Assembly: GCA_947467605.1 (NCBI GenBank)
Contig: CANIII010000001.1
Coordinates: 125,241-189,240, forward strand
DNA from: Acidobacteriota bacterium
Lineage (GTDB): Bacteria > Acidobacteriota > Vicinamibacteria > Vicinamibacterales > SCN-69-37
DNA: 64,000 nucleotides
Direction: 5' to 3'
In this document: positions 61,325-64,000 of the stretch, piece after piece
How the letters are laid out: each line of letters opens with the position of its first letter
Position numbering within the stretch: position 1 is the stretch's first letter
Program-made: the position numbers and the translations under genes
The notes under the pieces: model-generated
The model's input: only the letters and a program-made list of their open reading frames with translations
What the model was told of the DNA's origin: nothing
Databases searched by the model: none

Positions 61325-62571
61325 CACACGTCCCACTGCAACAAATCGTCCACCGTCTGGCGTCGTCGCACGACGCGCCACGTGCCATTCTCCACCATGA
61401 CCTCGGCAGCCGTCGGACGGCGATTGTAGTTCGAGGCCATGACCGCGCCATAGGCGCCCGCATCGCGAACGACCAATAGGTCTCCCACTTCCACCGGGGG
61501 CAGCCGACGCGCCGACCCCAGCGTGTCGGTGGTCTCACAGACCGGGCCCACAATGTCACAGAGCCGAAGGGCGCCGGGCCTTGGCGACACGGCGTCGATG
61601 TCATGCCACGCGCCGTAGAGCGCGGGCCGCAACAGGTCGGTCATGCCCGCGTCAGCGATCACAAACCAGCGCGGTTCGCCGGTCTCGGAATCAGCGGGCT
61701 GCGTTTTCAAATCGACCACTGCCGTCAGCAGCGCGCCGGCCGGGCCGACGATCCATCGGCCGGGCTCAAGCACCAGCGTAAGCCCCGTGCGACGCACCGC
61801 CGGCAGAATCGCTGCGGCATAGGCCTCGGGCGACACCACGGTCTGTCCGGCCTGATACGCGATCCCAAGACCGCCGCCGATATCGAGGTGCTCCAGTGGC
61901 ACGCCTTCGGCGATCAGTGACAACGCGAGGTTCGACAGCGTCTCGGCTGCGCGTGTGAGCGGCGCGGTCTTGGTGATCTGTGAACCGATGTGCACATGCA
62001 GACCGACGATCTGCAGCGACGGATGGCGACCGATCTCACGGGCCATGGTGCGCGCTGCCTCGACCGACATCCCGAACTTGTTGGTGCGCAGGCCCGTGGA
62101 GATATGCGGATGACTCTCCGCATCTACATCGGGATTGATGCGAATGGCGACGCGCGCCACCGTGCCGAGGTCGCGTGCGATCGCGGCGATCCGCTCCACT
62201 TCGCCTGGCGACTCCGCGTTGATCGCCTTCACGCCCAGTGCGACCGCGCGTTCAAGTTCCGCCCGCGACTTGCCGACACCGGTGAACACGATGTCGGAGG
62301 CCGTGAACCCGGCCCGCAACGCCACTTCCAGCTCGCCGCCGGAATTGGCGTCAGCGCGCGCGCCGCACGCGCGCATGAGACGAACAATGGCAAGTGTCGC
62401 GTTGGCCTTGATGGCGTAGTGCAGGGCGTGGGGATAGTCGCCGCACGCGGCCGACAACGCGCGGCACCGCTCGCGGATCAGGGCCGCGTCATAGACGTAG
62501 GTGGGTGTGCCGAACTCCGCCGCGATTGCGCCAAGCTCTGCTGGGGAAACACCGGTCGAATGGCCGCTCAC
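61324..62571 (-). CDS. lysA: Diaminopimelate decarboxylase
   Basis: Track ORF (517 aa) trimmed to the GTG at 62571 (VSGHSTGVSPAELGAIAAEFGTPTYVYD). The PLP-binding region is YAIKAN. Also present are GGGLGIAY and CETTD, a PLP-decarboxylase fold III pattern. Confidence 0.9.
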   Translation of the reverse strand: MSGHSTGVSPAELGAIAAEFGTPTYVYDAALIRERCRALSAACGDYPHALHYAIKANATLAIVRLMRACGARADANSGGELEVALRAGFTASDIVFTGVGKSRAELERAVALGVKAINAESPGEVERIAAIARDLGTVARVAIRINPDVDAESHPHISTGLRTNKFGMSVEAARTMAREIGRHPSLQIVGLHVHIGSQITKTAPLTRAAETLSNLALSLIAEGVPLEHLDIGGGLGIAYQAGQTVVSPEAYAAAILPAVRRTGLTLVLEPGRWIVGPAGALLTAVVDLKTQPADSETGEPRWFVIADAGMTDLLRPALYGAWHDIDAVSPRPGALRLCDIVGPVCETTDTLGSARRLPPVEVGDLLVVRDAGAYGAVMASNYNRRPTAAEVMVENGTWRVVRRRQTVDDLLQWDV

Positions 62572-62598
62572 GAGACTGCCTATTGTACTGACTCTGCT

Positions 62599-63234
62599 AT
62601 GATTTCGCCCGTGGCAGATCCAGTGGACGGCTCCGCGATTGATGCCGTCATCGAGCGGTGTCTTCAGGGCGATCAGTTGGCGTGGTCTGCGATCGTCCAG
62701 CAGCATCGGCGCAAGGTGTTCAACCTCGCGTACAAGTTCGTCGGACGCTACGACGAAGCCGAAGACCTGACCCAGGACATCTTCATCAAGATCTTCAAGG
62801 CCCTCCACACGTTCGATCGCCGCGCCAATTTCCAGACCTGGCTCATCAGCGTCAGCCGCAACCTCTGCATCGACCACTATCGGAGTGTGCGGAAAGAACG
62901 TGCGACCATTGCGCGCGACGTCGACGCGTCTGAATTGACGCCGGCCTCGCGCGAACGCGGACCGTACTCACAGCTCGAGCAGACCGATCTGAAAGACATG
63001 ATCCGCCGCGCCATGGCCGCGCTGCCCGAGACGCTGAGCACCGCCGTGACGCTGCGCGATCTGCAGGAATTCTCGTATCAGGAAATCGCCGATCAGCTCC
63101 ACCTGCCCGAAGGCACGGTGAAGTCGCGCATCAATCGCGGCCGCATCGAGCTGGCGCGGCAGATTCGCAAAATTCAGGAGAGCGCGCCCGCAGCACGGCT
63201 CCTGGCTAAACCCAGTCGCGGAGGCACCGCATGA
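62599..63234 (+). CDS. ECF-type sigma-70 family sigma factor
   Basis: Only the 3' part of track ORF 61990..63234 is genic. Start at the ATG at 62599 (MISPVADP). Region 2 is VFNLAYKFVGRYDEAEDLTQDIFIKIF ... WLISVSRNLCIDHYR. Region 4 is FSYQEIADQLHLPEGTVKSRINRGR. Confidence 0.85.
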   Translation: MISPVADPVDGSAIDAVIERCLQGDQLAWSAIVQQHRRKVFNLAYKFVGRYDEAEDLTQDIFIKIFKALHTFDRRANFQTWLISVSRNLCIDHYRSVRKERATIARDVDASELTPASRERGPYSQLEQTDLKDMIRRAMAALPETLSTAVTLRDLQEFSYQEIADQLHLPEGTVKSRINRGRIELARQIRKIQESAPAARLLAKPSRGGTA

Positions 63235-63572
63235 ATGTCACCACCTCGCAGGTCAACGGCATCTCGGTTGTGCGCGTCAGTGAAGCGCGCCTGACCTATC
63301 CACTGCTCACCGACTTCGTCAACACGGTCACGGGCCTCATCACGGGCGGCGACAAACGGATCCTCATCAATCTCGAGACGGTGAGCTACGTCGACAGCGC
63401 CACCATCGGCTGCCTGATGGATCTCTACCGACAGGCGTCGGCCGGTGGCGGCGCGCTGAAACTCGCCGGTGTCCAGAAGCGGGTCGAAACCATGCTGACC
63501 ATGACGGGCGCGCACAACTTCCTCGAGGTGCACGCCGATCAGGCGTCAGCCATCGCGAGCTTCGGAGCCTAG
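63231..63572 (+). CDS. STAS-domain anti-sigma-factor antagonist (SpoIIAA/RsbV-like)
   Basis: 113 aa. ILINLETVSYVDSATIGCLMDL contains the conserved DS(x)G-type phosphorylatable Ser region. The ATG overlaps the sigma factor stop (ATGA). Confidence 0.8.
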   Translation: MNVTTSQVNGISVVRVSEARLTYPLLTDFVNTVTGLITGGDKRILINLETVSYVDSATIGCLMDLYRQASAGGGALKLAGVQKRVETMLTMTGAHNFLEVHADQASAIASFGA

Positions 63573-63575
63573 GCC

Positions 63576-63866
63576 ATGGCTCGCACCATCAACACCTCAG
63601 CCGGTACCCCGATCGAACTCGACGGCGACGTGCTGGCCGTGATCGAAGCCATCTCTCGCGACCTGACGCGACGCAGCACCCTCGAATATGGATTCGAAGA
63701 CGTCGACCGCGAGTTCCAGCACCTGATCGCGCAGATGACAGCAGACGAACTGCGCGCCTACCTGAAAGAAAGCCTGTTCATGAGCTTCAACCGGTTTGAA
63801 AACGACCGGCTGAGCAGCGTGATCCGGAAAGCCGGACGCGCCGCCGACGCAGATTCAGGGTTGTAA
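63576..63866 (+). CDS. Small acidic helical protein (hypothetical)
   Basis: 96-aa ORF starting 3 nt after the STAS stop. No motif recognised. Confidence 0.45.
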   Translation: MARTINTSAGTPIELDGDVLAVIEAISRDLTRRSTLEYGFEDVDREFQHLIAQMTADELRAYLKESLFMSFNRFENDRLSSVIRKAGRAADADSGL

Positions 63867-63874
63867 GGAGGAAC

Positions 63875-63901
63875 GTCGGCCCGAGCGTTCGCGCGGGCGA
63901 C
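63875..63901. terminator. GC hairpin between convergent genes (GTCGGCCCG-N10-CGGGCGAC)
   Basis: Read directly from the sequence: an 8-bp stem with one bulge. It lies between the stop at 63866 (+) and the stop at 63906 (-). Confidence 0.3.
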
Positions 63902-63905
63902 GTGA

Positions 63906-64000
63906 CTAGGCGACGACGGTGCTGACGACCGGCACGCGCTGACCCGCCGGGGCTGACGCATCGACCAGCGTCCAGCTTTCCGTCTGACGCATCAGCTCAG
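63906..64000 (-). CDS. 3' end of an unidentified gene running off the right edge
   Basis: My own minus-strand translation gives ...ELMRQTESWTLVDASAPAGQRVPVVSTVVA followed by a TAG at 63908..63906. It is too short to identify. Confidence 0.3.
   Translation of the reverse strand, partial: ELMRQTESWTLVDASAPAGQRVPVVSTVVA

Overview
This is a 64-kb stretch of a high-GC bacterial chromosome from a diderm organism (BamA, TamB, lipoproteins and exported proteins are present). The gene content looks Acidobacteriota-like: a Ser/Thr kinase fused to a TolB-like propeller, a Sortilin/BNR protein, a PEGA protein, many Pro/Ala/Gly-rich linkers, and sigma54-type regulation. That taxonomic guess is inference only. 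I call about 58 protein genes. I found no rRNA, tRNA, CRISPR, transposase or phage genes. Most of the window is housekeeping: cysD-cysNC, class II RNR nrdJ, tamB-bamA-surA-like, a three-subunit acyl-CoA carboxylase, transaldolase, hslVU, dprA-topA-trmFO-xerC, rplU-rpmA-obg-nadD-rsfS, comF, tmk and lysA. Many genes are stop/start coupled (ATGA, GTGA, TAATG). Four parts look accessory: (1) a vapBC-type TA pair with a palindromic operator (14.15-14.85 kb); (2) a ~0.9-kb GC-poor island holding only orphan ORFs, next to nrdJ (19.0-19.97 kb); (3) a 180-nt palindromic element built from 8-nt tandem units that supplies the stop codons of two convergent genes (23.98-24.16 kb); (4) a ~9.6-kb regulatory/envelope block (40.05-49.68 kb) that separates xerC from hslVU. 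That block contains a near-consensus sigma54 promoter in front of a PEGA protein with an extreme Trp/Tyr/Gly-rich segment, an ECF sigma/anti-sigma operon with two unknown exported proteins, an HTH-receiver protein whose phospho-acceptor Asp is replaced by Glu, an ABC-F ATPase, and a histidine kinase/sigma54-activator pair. I do not see a clear-cut new defence or mobile system. The 40-49.7 kb block is my best candidate for an undescribed functional module. All family calls rest on motif recognition by eye, because no searches could be run.
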